The notes under the pieces are model-generated. The model was not told where the DNA came from and made no database searches. It saw only the letters and a program-made list of their open reading frames with translations. 38,529 nucleotides of DNA from Thermodesulfobacteriota bacterium (GTDB lineage: Bacteria > Desulfobacterota > Desulfobulbia > Desulfobulbales > SURF-16), in assembly GCA_040755455.1 (NCBI GenBank), contig JBFMAY010000040.1:1-38529 (forward strand), read 5' to 3'. Positions 1 to 7,996 of this stretch are shown piece after piece. Position 1 is the stretch's first letter. Each line of letters begins with the position of its first letter. The position numbers and the translations under genes were made by a program.

Positions 1-2
1 AA

Positions 3-293
3 ACCGAGTGGTCAAAAAATACCGTCTACGTTGAACGGCAAAGCCTGAAACCTTCAAAGGCGATTGAACCGCTCATTGACCAGGCGGCCGGGATCGCCAT
101 TTCAGTCTGTGCCTACATGAAGATGTCGGCTGATAACATAGGGGATATCATTTCCATGTTCAATCTCATGATGCGCAAGAAACTCACGGAGATGTACACC
201 ACCAAATACGAGCAATTCATTGATAAATTCGTAGTCCGGCAGGTTGACTGCTGGGATTCTCTCTACAATTCAACTCTTCCCGAGTTGAGCTAA
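3..293 (+). CDS. Hypothetical protein, 3' part (5' end outside window)
   Basis: Frame 3 is open from the window edge to TAA at 291-293 (TEWSKNTVYVERQ...NSTLPELS*); no recognisable motif. Confidence 0.55.
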   Translation, partial: TEWSKNTVYVERQSLKPSKAIEPLIDQAAGIAISVCAYMKMSADNIGDIISMFNLMMRKKLTEMYTTKYEQFIDKFVVRQVDCWDSLYNSTLPELS

Positions 294-359
294 CGAATTG
301 CATCCATGTTGACAAATGGAATCCGGGCAGGTATCCCTTCCGAAAAAGGGGGGATGTGT

Positions 360-1547
360 ATGCGTGGTTCTATATATTCTGAGCAAAAGTGTTCTTTGTG
401 TGGTTCTGCCTTCACACATGACGAAAATAGAAGCGGTCTTTTTTGTCCTTCTCATCCAGATCAGCGAGCAACGGGCAAATTTATTGTTCGTTTCGGCAGG
501 GATATTACCAAGCGATTTTCACATTTCATTGATGCTGAAAGGTTTTTGACCGGCATACGTTATGAAGTAGACCGAAATACTTTTGATGTTCGGGACTACA
601 AAAAAGATAATCCCCTTGGTTTTGAAAATCTTGCGTCAAAATGGCTCATCATAAAGAAGCGAGACCTTGCCTATAATTCCTTTAGAAATGTAGAAAGATA
701 TATTCGTAAGGGCATTGATAAATGGGGCCAGAAAAGCATCAAGTCAATAAAATTTGCCGATATTCAAGAACTTCTTTACGAGCAAACCTGTTCTAGCAAA
801 ACCGTTTATGATATGAAAACCTGGCTGCAGCAATTTTTCAAATGGATTGCTGATAATGAGGATTGGTATAGGCCCCCAAAATTCCCCGAGATCAAATATG
901 AATTGGGCTGGCGAACAATCATTGATAAGGAAACTCAGGGGAGAATCCTTGACGAAGTAAAACGCATCTCATTTGACTATAATCCGAAAATTTGGCTCGC
1001 CATCAAATGGCTTTCCGTCTATGTCAAATTGCGCCCTATCGAGCTATTAAAGCTCAAAGAAAAGGAAATCGGCGTTAACGGCTTTATTGTCGTTCCCCCG
1101 AAGGTCGCAAAAGAGCGGAAATCAAAGATTATCCCCCTTCTTGATGAAGACATCGATTTCTTAAATAGCATGCCTCGTGGTTTCCCTGATATGCCTTTTT
1201 TCCGTCATACGAAACATACAAGGGGCGTCCGTGAAAATAGACAGTTCGGGAGAACGTATCTTTATGAATGGTGGAAGCAAGCCTGCGGAAATCTCGGGAT
1301 TGAAGGTGTGGATTTATACGGTGGTACTCGTCACAGTACAGTGACGGCTCTTTCAAGGTATTTCAGCCGTGATGAAATCAAGGAACATGCAACCGGCCAT
1401 GACACTTCAAAAGCGTTTGAAAGATACATGCAGGCCGAGGCCAGCAAGTCATTAAAAATGTATCAAATCGCCGCTACTCAAAGCAATAAGCCTGAACAAC
1501 ATCCGAACAACGTCATTCAGGTTAATTTCAAAAATAAATCAAAATAA
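360..1547 (+). CDS. int: Tyrosine recombinase / integrase
   Basis: Catalytic-type motifs LRPIEL (R), YGGTRHS (R), TGH (H), RY (Y); N-terminal CSLC...CPSH; ends 13 bp from a tRNA 3' end. Start placed at ATG 360 (G-rich RBS at 348-353); the ORF track starts at 306. Confidence 0.9.
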   Translation: MRGSIYSEQKCSLCGSAFTHDENRSGLFCPSHPDQRATGKFIVRFGRDITKRFSHFIDAERFLTGIRYEVDRNTFDVRDYKKDNPLGFENLASKWLIIKKRDLAYNSFRNVERYIRKGIDKWGQKSIKSIKFADIQELLYEQTCSSKTVYDMKTWLQQFFKWIADNEDWYRPPKFPEIKYELGWRTIIDKETQGRILDEVKRISFDYNPKIWLAIKWLSVYVKLRPIELLKLKEKEIGVNGFIVVPPKVAKERKSKIIPLLDEDIDFLNSMPRGFPDMPFFRHTKHTRGVRENRQFGRTYLYEWWKQACGNLGIEGVDLYGGTRHSTVTALSRYFSRDEIKEHATGHDTSKAFERYMQAEASKSLKMYQIAATQSNKPEQHPNNVIQVNFKNKSK

Positions 1548-1696
1548 ATCAAATGGTTACTGGTGCCCGGAGCGAGAATCGAACTCGCACAGCAACGAGT
1601 GCCGAGGGATTTTAAGTGTATTGGCTATATTATGATAACTATTTGTCATTTAAGACATTTATTTTCTGTTGAAGCCAATTTGTTCCATTTTTGTTC
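1494..1696. promoter_or_regulatory. att-site arms: paired GAACAA/TTGTTC repeats and an IHF-consensus site
   Basis: GAACAA at 1494 and 1505; TTGTTC at 1680 and 1691 (both 11-bp period, inverted relative to each other); AATCAAATGGTTA at 1547-1559 fits WATCAANNNNTTR. Confidence 0.55.
1561..1617 (-). tRNA. 3' half of tRNA-Leu(TAA), truncated at the anticodon loop; att core, not a functional gene
   Basis: Minus strand ACTTAAAATCCCTCGGCACTCGTTGCTGTGCGAGTTCGATTCTCGCTCCGGGCACCA: TAA anticodon loop, long variable arm, T-arm GCGAG-TTCGATT-CTCGC, acceptor strand + CCA; no D-arm or 5' acceptor strand beyond 1617. Confidence 0.9.
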
Positions 1697-1797
1697 CATT
1701 AGCTTGAGAATATCCGGAAAAAATCATTACCGGAATACCTTAAACGGCCGGACAATTTTTCCATCCTCGCTTCTTTCCCATTGATCTGCTGGAAGCT

Positions 1798-2379
1798 TTA
1801 CGCGGATTTCTGAACCCGGTCTTTTTTATCGGCCAGTCTTTTTTCCAGGCTGGCGATCCTCGATTCCATCTCCTTCATTTGGTTCCGTAACTTCAGGTTG
1901 TCGTTTTTTGTGCTGACTGATTCATGGAAAACATCGATCAGTTCCGCAAGCACATCTCGATAAATCGTATCCGATTCCAGAATTTCCACCACTTTCATGA
2001 TTTTTTCTGAAAAACCAGACTGAGCTTCCCGAAATTTTTTAGGCGATTTGAAATCGATGACCCCTTTGTCTGCTTGTGCAATCTTGTTCTTTGCCGCCGA
2101 CTTTTGTTCGTTTCCCTTCTTTCCTTCCGAAATATCGAGACCGCCCCTGCTTAAAAGGCCGCGCCCAAGGGCAAGCATGTCCTCGTAAGTCATGTCGAAG
2201 TGGCCGGCGATCTTGGCCCGCACCTCTTCGGAGCCGGGTTTACGGCCTTTGACAATGGCATTGAGATAGCCACGGTCAATGTTTTGTTGGCCGGAAAGAC
2301 GACTTTGCGCTCCCCGACCTTCTTGAGCCAATAAATGAGCCAGCGCTGTCTGGAATTGATGTGTAACTGATTGAGCCAT
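1798..2379 (-). CDS. XRE-family HTH repressor with C-terminal coiled coil
   Basis: N-terminal HTH (QSRLSGQQNIDRGYLNAIVKGRKPGS), divergent from a cro-like gene; heptad-rich C-terminus. Confidence 0.8.
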   Translation of the reverse strand: MAQSVTHQFQTALAHLLAQEGRGAQSRLSGQQNIDRGYLNAIVKGRKPGSEEVRAKIAGHFDMTYEDMLALGRGLLSRGGLDISEGKKGNEQKSAAKNKIAQADKGVIDFKSPKKFREAQSGFSEKIMKVVEILESDTIYRDVLAELIDVFHESVSTKNDNLKLRNQMKEMESRIASLEKRLADKKDRVQKSA

Positions 2380-2490
2380 AAGTCAACAATAGACCATATG
2401 CTCAATAAATAAAAGAAAAAAATGCACAATCCAGCTTTTTAGACAATTTTATGTTGACAATATAGGCTACTTTTAATAACAAAGTTGACC

Positions 2491-2727
2491 ATGAAGCCTA
2501 CATCAAAGAAAATGACCCAGCGGGAGATAGCCAGGTCAGCGCAAATTGGACCTGACTTTTTAAGTCACATCATTCGAGGACGGCGGCGTTGTCCTCCGGC
2601 GGTTGCCCTTCGCCTGGAAGAAGCAACCGGCATCAGCAGAGTGACCTGGGTGTGGGGAACACCTGACGAAATAAGAGAGGCGGTGCAAGAGCATATTGCA
2701 ACACCAAGAGAAGAATATGGACATTGA
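2491..2727 (+). CDS. Cro-like small HTH regulator
   Basis: MTQREIARSAQIGPDFLSHIIRGRRRCPPAVALRLEEATGI is a typical XRE/Cro HTH; start placed at ATG 2491. Confidence 0.8.
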   Translation: MKPTSKKMTQREIARSAQIGPDFLSHIIRGRRRCPPAVALRLEEATGISRVTWVWGTPDEIREAVQEHIATPREEYGH

Positions 2728-3040
2728 GGCCAGGCTTGCGGCAATCGAAGAAATGCAAGGCCGGATTCTTAACCTGTTGGCTAAAGGTGTAGCCTCGCCA
2801 TCGGGAACAATGACCCTGAAGGAAGCCGCCGCCTATACCGGCTATTCGCCCGACCATTTCAGAAGGCTGGCGGTTGAACAACGAATTATTCCCTTTTCTA
2901 GGCCGTCGGGTCAACAAAAGGGCAAGTTGCTTTTCAGGAAATCAGACCTGGACACATTTCTGGACTCATCAAAAAAAGGAGAAAAGGAAATAAAGCAACC
3001 GGGGCGCAAAAGAAAATCAAAGAATATCCGGTTGTGGTAG
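2717..3040 (+). CDS. Excisionase-like winged-HTH protein
   Basis: MTLKEAAAYTGYSPDHFRRL...LLFRKSDLDTFL matches the Xis/HTH_17 pattern; near the att site; overlaps the upstream gene. Confidence 0.75.
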   Translation: MDIEARLAAIEEMQGRILNLLAKGVASPSGTMTLKEAAAYTGYSPDHFRRLAVEQRIIPFSRPSGQQKGKLLFRKSDLDTFLDSSKKGEKEIKQPGRKRKSKNIRLW

Positions 3041-3912
3041 GCAGCGTGGGAGGAAAAAATGACGATAGTTTCATGAATGGGTTAAAGGGGCTGTCGCCAG
3101 AACTCCAGAAAAAGATAAAGGCCATGGCCGAAAACCCGCCTCTGCCTGTCTGGCATGAGGAATCCCGTGGCGTACCTAATATTTGTCTCCGTTCGGCACT
3201 TTTTGGAGTGATCCAACGCGGGCGCAGAAAAGCGGTTAAGGGTGAGCTGGTTGCCGCAGTAAAAGGGATCGATATCCGGTATACCGGCTGGCGTCTGGAC
3301 CAGGGTGATTTTGACGTATTGGCCCACGCTCTCCATTTGGCATCCCGGCAGCAGGAAAATTCACCTTCAGGTTACATACAATTCACTGCTAAAGGCTTTC
3401 TCCGGGAAATTGGTCGCAAATTCGGCAAGTCTGGGCGGGACTGGCTGAAAGATTCATTACGGCGTTTAACCGCCTCGGCCGTTGAGATCAAGGCGGAGAT
3501 CCGACATCAGTACAGGGTCGAATCGTATATTTATGCCGGTTCGCTGATCGACGAATTTTATTACAACGTCCAGAAAAAAACCTATTTCCTGAAAATCAAT
3601 CCCAAGCTCGCCTCCCTGTTTGATTCCGGTTGGACAATGCTTCAGTGGAAACAACGGCTCCACCTGAAGACCGATCTCGCCAAATGGCTGCACGGCTTTT
3701 ATGCCAGTCATGCCGTTCCCTATCCGATGAAGGTCTCGACGCTGAGGCATTTATGCGGTTCCGAGTGCAGCCGGTTATCAGATTACCGGGGCAAGTTGCG
3801 CGCCGCGATGGAAGAACTGGTCAAATTCGGTCTTCTCGAATCCTGGGAAATTGACCGTCTTGACAAGGTTTATGTCCAAAAGAAGAAAAATATTACCGGC
3901 AGTGCCACATAA
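3034..3912 (+). CDS. trfA: TrfA-family plasmid replication initiator
   Basis: LPVWHEESRGVPNICLRSALFGV, YTGWRLDQGDFDV, LAKWLHGFYASH are TrfA-like segments; immediately followed by iterons. Confidence 0.8.
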   Translation: MVGSVGGKNDDSFMNGLKGLSPELQKKIKAMAENPPLPVWHEESRGVPNICLRSALFGVIQRGRRKAVKGELVAAVKGIDIRYTGWRLDQGDFDVLAHALHLASRQQENSPSGYIQFTAKGFLREIGRKFGKSGRDWLKDSLRRLTASAVEIKAEIRHQYRVESYIYAGSLIDEFYYNVQKKTYFLKINPKLASLFDSGWTMLQWKQRLHLKTDLAKWLHGFYASHAVPYPMKVSTLRHLCGSECSRLSDYRGKLRAAMEELVKFGLLESWEIDRLDKVYVQKKKNITGSAT

Positions 3913-3915
3913 ACA

Positions 3916-4065
3916 GGGGGCATAGCGGTCGCACCAGGGGGGCATAGCGGTCGTAAAGGGGGGGCATAGCAGTCACACCCCGGGGGCATAGCGGTCGTAA
4001 GGGTGGGCATAGCAGTCGCACAAAGGGGGGCATAGCAGTCGCACCTAGGGGGCATAGCGGTCGCA
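3916..4065 (+). repeat. Seven ~22-bp iterons (core GGGCATAGCRGTC), putative oriV
   Basis: CATAGC cores at 3921, 3943, 3965, 3987, 4008, 4031, 4053 (spacing 22,22,22,21,23,22). Confidence 0.9.
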
Positions 4066-4134
4066 GTACAATTAACAAAAAACAGCCGAATCGCCAGCTA
4101 ATAAAGGGATGCGTGGAAACGGCCGCAACTGCCT

Positions 4135-4170
4135 AATCATCTTTAATCTTATTTTTAATCTTAAAAGAAA
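4135..4170. promoter_or_regulatory. AT-rich putative DNA-unwinding element of oriV
   Basis: TAATCATCTTTAATCTTATTTTTAATCTTAAAAGAAA with three TAATC repeats about 70 bp after the iterons. Confidence 0.55.
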
Positions 4171-4196
4171 GGGGGCCTGTAAGAGGTCCGGGAAAA

Positions 4197-4733
4197 ATGA
4201 CTCGACCGGTTTTGATCGATCAGCAGGCAATCAGCAATGAAATGTGGAAAATGGCAATGCAGTGGGTTTTGGCAAACCGAAAACTCGTCCGCCAGATTGC
4301 CTCGCCGTACTTCCGCCATATGATGGCCGAAAACGAGGATCTCTTGCAGGAAGCAACCTTAGCCGCCTTCAAGGCCCTGCTGGCCGCCAGGAAGAAAGCG
4401 AAACCCAAGCAGTTCGTTCCTTTCTTCAGAGTAATTTTCAAGACCAATTGCATAAAACTGGCCTCCGGCATTCAAACCGAATACTGCCAGGAGGTCCACA
4501 ATCTCCCCGGGCCCGAACACGAAGAAGAGCTGGAAGATTTTGAAGATCCTGAACTTGTCGAAGAAGCATTGAAATCCGTGAGCAAACGGCAACGCGAGAT
4601 CTGCCTCTGGTTGCTCGAACAACCCGAACCGGCAAGCACCCCGGAACTGGCCAGGGAATTCAACATCAGCCGCCGCCATGCCTGCCGGTTAATCAGCAAT
4701 AGCATCAAGTGCATAACCGGAGCCTCGTTATGA
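4197..4733 (+). CDS. Sigma-70-family (ECF-sized) RNA polymerase sigma factor
   Basis: Region-2-like LVRQIA...EDLLQEATLAAFKA and region-4-like LKSVSKRQREI...STPELAREFNISRRHACRL; 178 aa. Confidence 0.75.
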   Translation: MTRPVLIDQQAISNEMWKMAMQWVLANRKLVRQIASPYFRHMMAENEDLLQEATLAAFKALLAARKKAKPKQFVPFFRVIFKTNCIKLASGIQTEYCQEVHNLPGPEHEEELEDFEDPELVEEALKSVSKRQREICLWLLEQPEPASTPELAREFNISRRHACRLISNSIKCITGASL

Positions 4734-5185
4734 GTATGACAATCAGGGAGTTTGCCAAAGATTCCCGCATTCCGAAACGTGTGCTTCTCTATCTTAGCCG
4801 GGAAGGGATCATTCAGGATCCCCTTTGCCGGGAAGACCATATCGGACTGCATCTCCTCGAAAAGGTCTGGGGCAGAAAAGAGGTGCTTCGGCCCCAGTTG
4901 ACCAAACTCTCCATGAAGGCCCGGCTCAGTTTTATCAGGACGGCCGATCTGCCGACCAAATGGGAACGTTATGCGTATAGCCGGTTCAGGAACCAGGACG
5001 AAGGTAAAATCCTGGCCATGCAAACCGTGGTGGAAGAGATCGAAATCTCTTTCGGTTTCAGCCTGAGCAATCAGCATGTCAAGAGACTTTACAAGATCCG
5101 AAACCGGGCTCAGGTGTCACGGCATCGAGAAAAAAATCATACAGGAAAACAAAGCGGACCGCTCTTACAGAGCGCAAACAAATAA
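4730..5185 (+). CDS. Hypothetical DNA-binding protein (MerR-like N-terminal HTH), coupled to the sigma gene
   Basis: ATGA overlap with the sigma stop; MTIREFAKDSRIPKRVLLYLSREGII. Confidence 0.6.
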   Translation: MSMTIREFAKDSRIPKRVLLYLSREGIIQDPLCREDHIGLHLLEKVWGRKEVLRPQLTKLSMKARLSFIRTADLPTKWERYAYSRFRNQDEGKILAMQTVVEEIEISFGFSLSNQHVKRLYKIRNRAQVSRHREKNHTGKQSGPLLQSANK

Positions 5186-5272
5186 GTAAAAAACAGCATT
5201 TATTGGCGCTTACCGGATGGCTGGAATCAACTCTTATCAAGGCAAATTTTTTCAAAAAAATTGGCAGCCCAG

Positions 5273-5296
5273 GTCACATGACCCGGAAAAAGAAAA
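5273..5296 (+). promoter_or_regulatory. Conserved tra-block motif, copy 1 (GTCAC-N13-AGAAA)
   Basis: GTCACATGACCCGGAAAAAGAAAA upstream of ompA-traALEKB. Confidence 0.6.
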
Positions 5297-5316
5297 CAGA
5301 GGCAAAAGCAAAGAAG

Positions 5317-5937
5317 ATGAGAATGCGGATTTTCGGCAGTGTGATATCAGCAATGACGATGGCAATGATCCCGGCCGCCGGGATGGCGGCAATGTCTGTC
5401 GCGGAACAGCACTACGTTTTCAAGATGGATATTACCCAAGACGTTTCTGCCCGCACATTTGTAATCGGTGAATTCGTTAAAGCCAAAGAATTACGGCCTC
5501 CGGCTGCAATCCCGGTCGCCGAGAAAAACAAAATGCTCCTGTCTCTCAGGACGAGAGAGACGGATGACGCGGGTGAAAAACAAATTCGGGCTGCTCATGC
5601 ACTCGTTTCCCCGGTGCTCTTTGAGCTGGCCAGTTCAAGCCTGGCGGAGAGAACAGAGGAAGAACTTCTGGCCGCTCTTGAAAAAAGGACCGACAAGAAG
5701 ACCCCTCTTCAGATCACGGGCTATACCTGCGATCTTGGCTCGCAGCAGGTCAACGATGATCTGGCCATGAAACGAGCGACCACCGTTGCTGAATTGCTGA
5801 GAGCCCATGGTTTTCGAGTAGGTGCCGTCCATGGCAAGGGAAAACAAGGCTATGTATCGAGTGATCCCGCCATGCGGCATTTGAATCGCCGGGTGGAGAT
5901 CGTGATTCCTTCTCGGTCTGCAAGGGAAGAACGGTGA
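5317..5937 (+). CDS. OmpA-family peptidoglycan-binding protein
   Basis: Signal peptide, then ITGYTCDLGSQQVNDDLAMKRA and NRRVEI OmpA C-terminal motifs; start placed at ATG 5317. Confidence 0.85.
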   Translation: MRMRIFGSVISAMTMAMIPAAGMAAMSVAEQHYVFKMDITQDVSARTFVIGEFVKAKELRPPAAIPVAEKNKMLLSLRTRETDDAGEKQIRAAHALVSPVLFELASSSLAERTEEELLAALEKRTDKKTPLQITGYTCDLGSQQVNDDLAMKRATTVAELLRAHGFRVGAVHGKGKQGYVSSDPAMRHLNRRVEIVIPSRSAREER

Positions 5938-6014
5938 AGTTCATAAATTTTGCGTACAACCCGGTGCTGAAGTGGCCGGTAACAAAAAATCATCAAAATA
6001 GGAGTGAGCACAAA

Positions 6015-6380
6015 ATGCACAGCATCAAATCACAACTGCGGAGTCTGAGTCCGAGGTCGCTGTTCCCTGCCGGCCTTAAACGCAAAAAGACCATCGCCGC
6101 CCTTGCGGCTTTCGGAGCAACGTGCCTGCTGGCCGCGAGCCAGGCGGACGCCTTCAACGCACCGGCGGCAGGAACCTTTGCCTTTGATATCTACGATATC
6201 GGGATCAATCAGATCCTCAAAGGCCCCATCGGTTTTGCCGCGGGCGTCGGTTCCATGGTGGCGGCCGCGGTAATGGCGATCAGGCAGATGTTGCTGCCGG
6301 CCGCGGCAACTGTGCTTGGCGGTGCTTTTCTTCTCAAGGCGGACAGTGTCGTGTCCTCCCTTGGGGCTATGATCCGGTAA
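6015..6380 (+). CDS. traA: Conjugative pilin (TraA-like propilin)
   Basis: Long basic leader, AxA cleavage site, two hydrophobic helices; directly upstream of traL. Confidence 0.65.
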   Translation: MHSIKSQLRSLSPRSLFPAGLKRKKTIAALAAFGATCLLAASQADAFNAPAAGTFAFDIYDIGINQILKGPIGFAAGVGSMVAAAVMAIRQMLLPAAATVLGGAFLLKADSVVSSLGAMIR

Positions 6381-6387
6381 AAAGAAA

Positions 6388-6666
6388 ATGTCAGACGAAG
6401 TAAAGAGAGCCTTTCCGCAATACCTTTCGAACCCGTTCCAGATCCTCTGGTACGAAAGCGATGAATTGGCGCTGTTCATGTTTTTCCTGATGCTGGCCTT
6501 GATGTACGGCAGCGTGTTCTGGTTTTTCCTGTTTGCCGGGCCGTATGTCTACAGCCGGATCAAGCGGCAAAAGCCCCGGGGCTTTCTTTGTCATCTGCTC
6601 TATATGGCCGGCATTATCAGGATGAAGAACTATCCCGGCTATTTCGAGAAGGAATTTTTCGAGTAG
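6388..6666 (+). CDS. traL: F-type T4SS protein TraL
   Basis: FPQYLSNPFQILWYESDE, TM segment, KPRGFLCHLLYMAG; position between pilin and traE. Confidence 0.85.
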   Translation: MSDEVKRAFPQYLSNPFQILWYESDELALFMFFLMLALMYGSVFWFFLFAGPYVYSRIKRQKPRGFLCHLLYMAGIIRMKNYPGYFEKEFFE

Positions 6667-6674
6667 GCGGCGCT

Positions 6675-7232
6675 ATGCGAATGGATGTCTTCATGCAGAA
6701 AACCAGCAATCTGTTCACCGAAAACCGGCTGCTGAAGTTCGTGATTTTTATCCTCGCCATGGCCGTGGTGGTGAATTCGTTTCTGGTCAGCCGGGCCATT
6801 AAATATCAGCGGGTCATTCTGATTCCGCCCAAGTTGAGCGGCAACATCGAGTTTGTGGAAGGAAAACCTTCCGATCAGTACCTCCGGGATCTGGCACGAA
6901 GAATTGTCGGTCTGGCCGCCACCTACTCGCCGGCCACGGCCCGCAGTCAATTCGACGAACTGCTCGCTTTCTATGCCCCGGAAGAATATCCCGCTGCGGC
7001 AAAAGCATGGTACGCCCTGGCCGGTCGTGTGGAAGAAAGCCAGGTCAGCAATGTCTTCTATCTGCGCAACCTGATCGTGGACAATGCCGAACAACGTCTG
7101 GAAATGATCGGCGACCGCAGGCAGTTCGCTGAGGACAGACTGATCGATGCGGCCTCGAAAACCTATGAGGCGCGGTACAGACTTGAAGACGGCAGATTTT
7201 ACCTGCTCTCCTTCATGGAAAAACAGCTCTAG
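6675..7232 (+). CDS. traE: F-type T4SS protein TraE
   Basis: N-terminal TM, VILIPP, SDQYL motif, synteny. Confidence 0.8.
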   Translation: MRMDVFMQKTSNLFTENRLLKFVIFILAMAVVVNSFLVSRAIKYQRVILIPPKLSGNIEFVEGKPSDQYLRDLARRIVGLAATYSPATARSQFDELLAFYAPEEYPAAAKAWYALAGRVEESQVSNVFYLRNLIVDNAEQRLEMIGDRRQFAEDRLIDAASKTYEARYRLEDGRFYLLSFMEKQL

Positions 7233-7255
7233 AAACAGGGGGTGGAGAAAACTGA

Positions 7256-7996
7256 ATGTGTAAAATCAATGCGATTATAGTGCCGGTTCTGCTTGCCGTA
7301 ACGGTTCAGGCCGCCCAGGCAGCAAGTTCTATCCTGCCCGAGGTGACGACGGCGGTGGATTTATCGTCTTCCGATATTAACCGGATAGTCTGTCCCGGGT
7401 CGATCAACGATCTGATTTTCTCCAAGGAAAAAGGGATCGAAGGTCATTTTGTCGGCAATAACGCCTTTGTGAAATTCACGATCATCGTACAAGGCGACGA
7501 TAAAAAATATTCGACCACCCCCACCGAACTGTTTGTGAGCTGCAACGATACCATCTATTCACTGATCGCCACTCCCAAAAGAATCCCCTCCGTCACCCTG
7601 CGCCTTTCGCCCCCGGCGACCGGCGATTTCAAGCAGAACATCAGTCGCTATCAGGCCCTGCCCTTCGAAAAGAAGGTCTTGCAACTGATCCGTGAAGCAT
7701 ACCAAGGGGGATACCCTGACAGCTACCGGATATCGGAAGCCGACGCCATGGTCAATATCTCCGTTGACCTCTCCGTCCGTTTGGTGCGAACCGTTGACGT
7801 GGAAGGAGTCGGTTTGCGGCTGAAGGAATACAAGGTGAAGACGACGGCTGACCAAAGCATTCAGGTCACTGAAAAGGATTTTCTCCGGGCGGAGATGGGT
7901 GAAGGCATCATTGCCGTGGTGGTGGAGAATCACTCCATCGAGCCGGGTGGGTCCTCGCGGGTTTTCATCGTCGAACAGAGAGGAGAGGATTCGTGA
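7256..7996 (+). CDS. traK: F-type T4SS secretin-like protein TraK
   Basis: Signal peptide, LSSSDINRI motif, synteny. Confidence 0.85.
   Translation: MCKINAIIVPVLLAVTVQAAQAASSILPEVTTAVDLSSSDINRIVCPGSINDLIFSKEKGIEGHFVGNNAFVKFTIIVQGDDKKYSTTPTELFVSCNDTIYSLIATPKRIPSVTLRLSPPATGDFKQNISRYQALPFEKKVLQLIREAYQGGYPDSYRISEADAMVNISVDLSVRLVRTVDVEGVGLRLKEYKVKTTADQSIQVTEKDFLRAEMGEGIIAVVVENHSIEPGGSSRVFIVEQRGEDS

Noticed and set aside
1561..1650. Intact tRNA-Leu gene, and ORF 1563..1784
   Set aside because: The 5' half of the tRNA is missing; the ORF is the antisense reading of the tRNA fragment and att arm.
2380..2490. Precise promoters and operators of the repressor/cro switch
   Set aside because: TTGACA at 2454 is visible, but no convincing -10 box at 17 bp and no clear palindromic operator could be fixed by eye.
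3916..4065. Possible CRISPR array
   Set aside because: Period is only ~22 bp with no unique spacers of spacer length and no cas genes; position after trfA fits iterons. The repetitive ORFs 3870..4055 and 3893..4078 are artefacts of the repeat.
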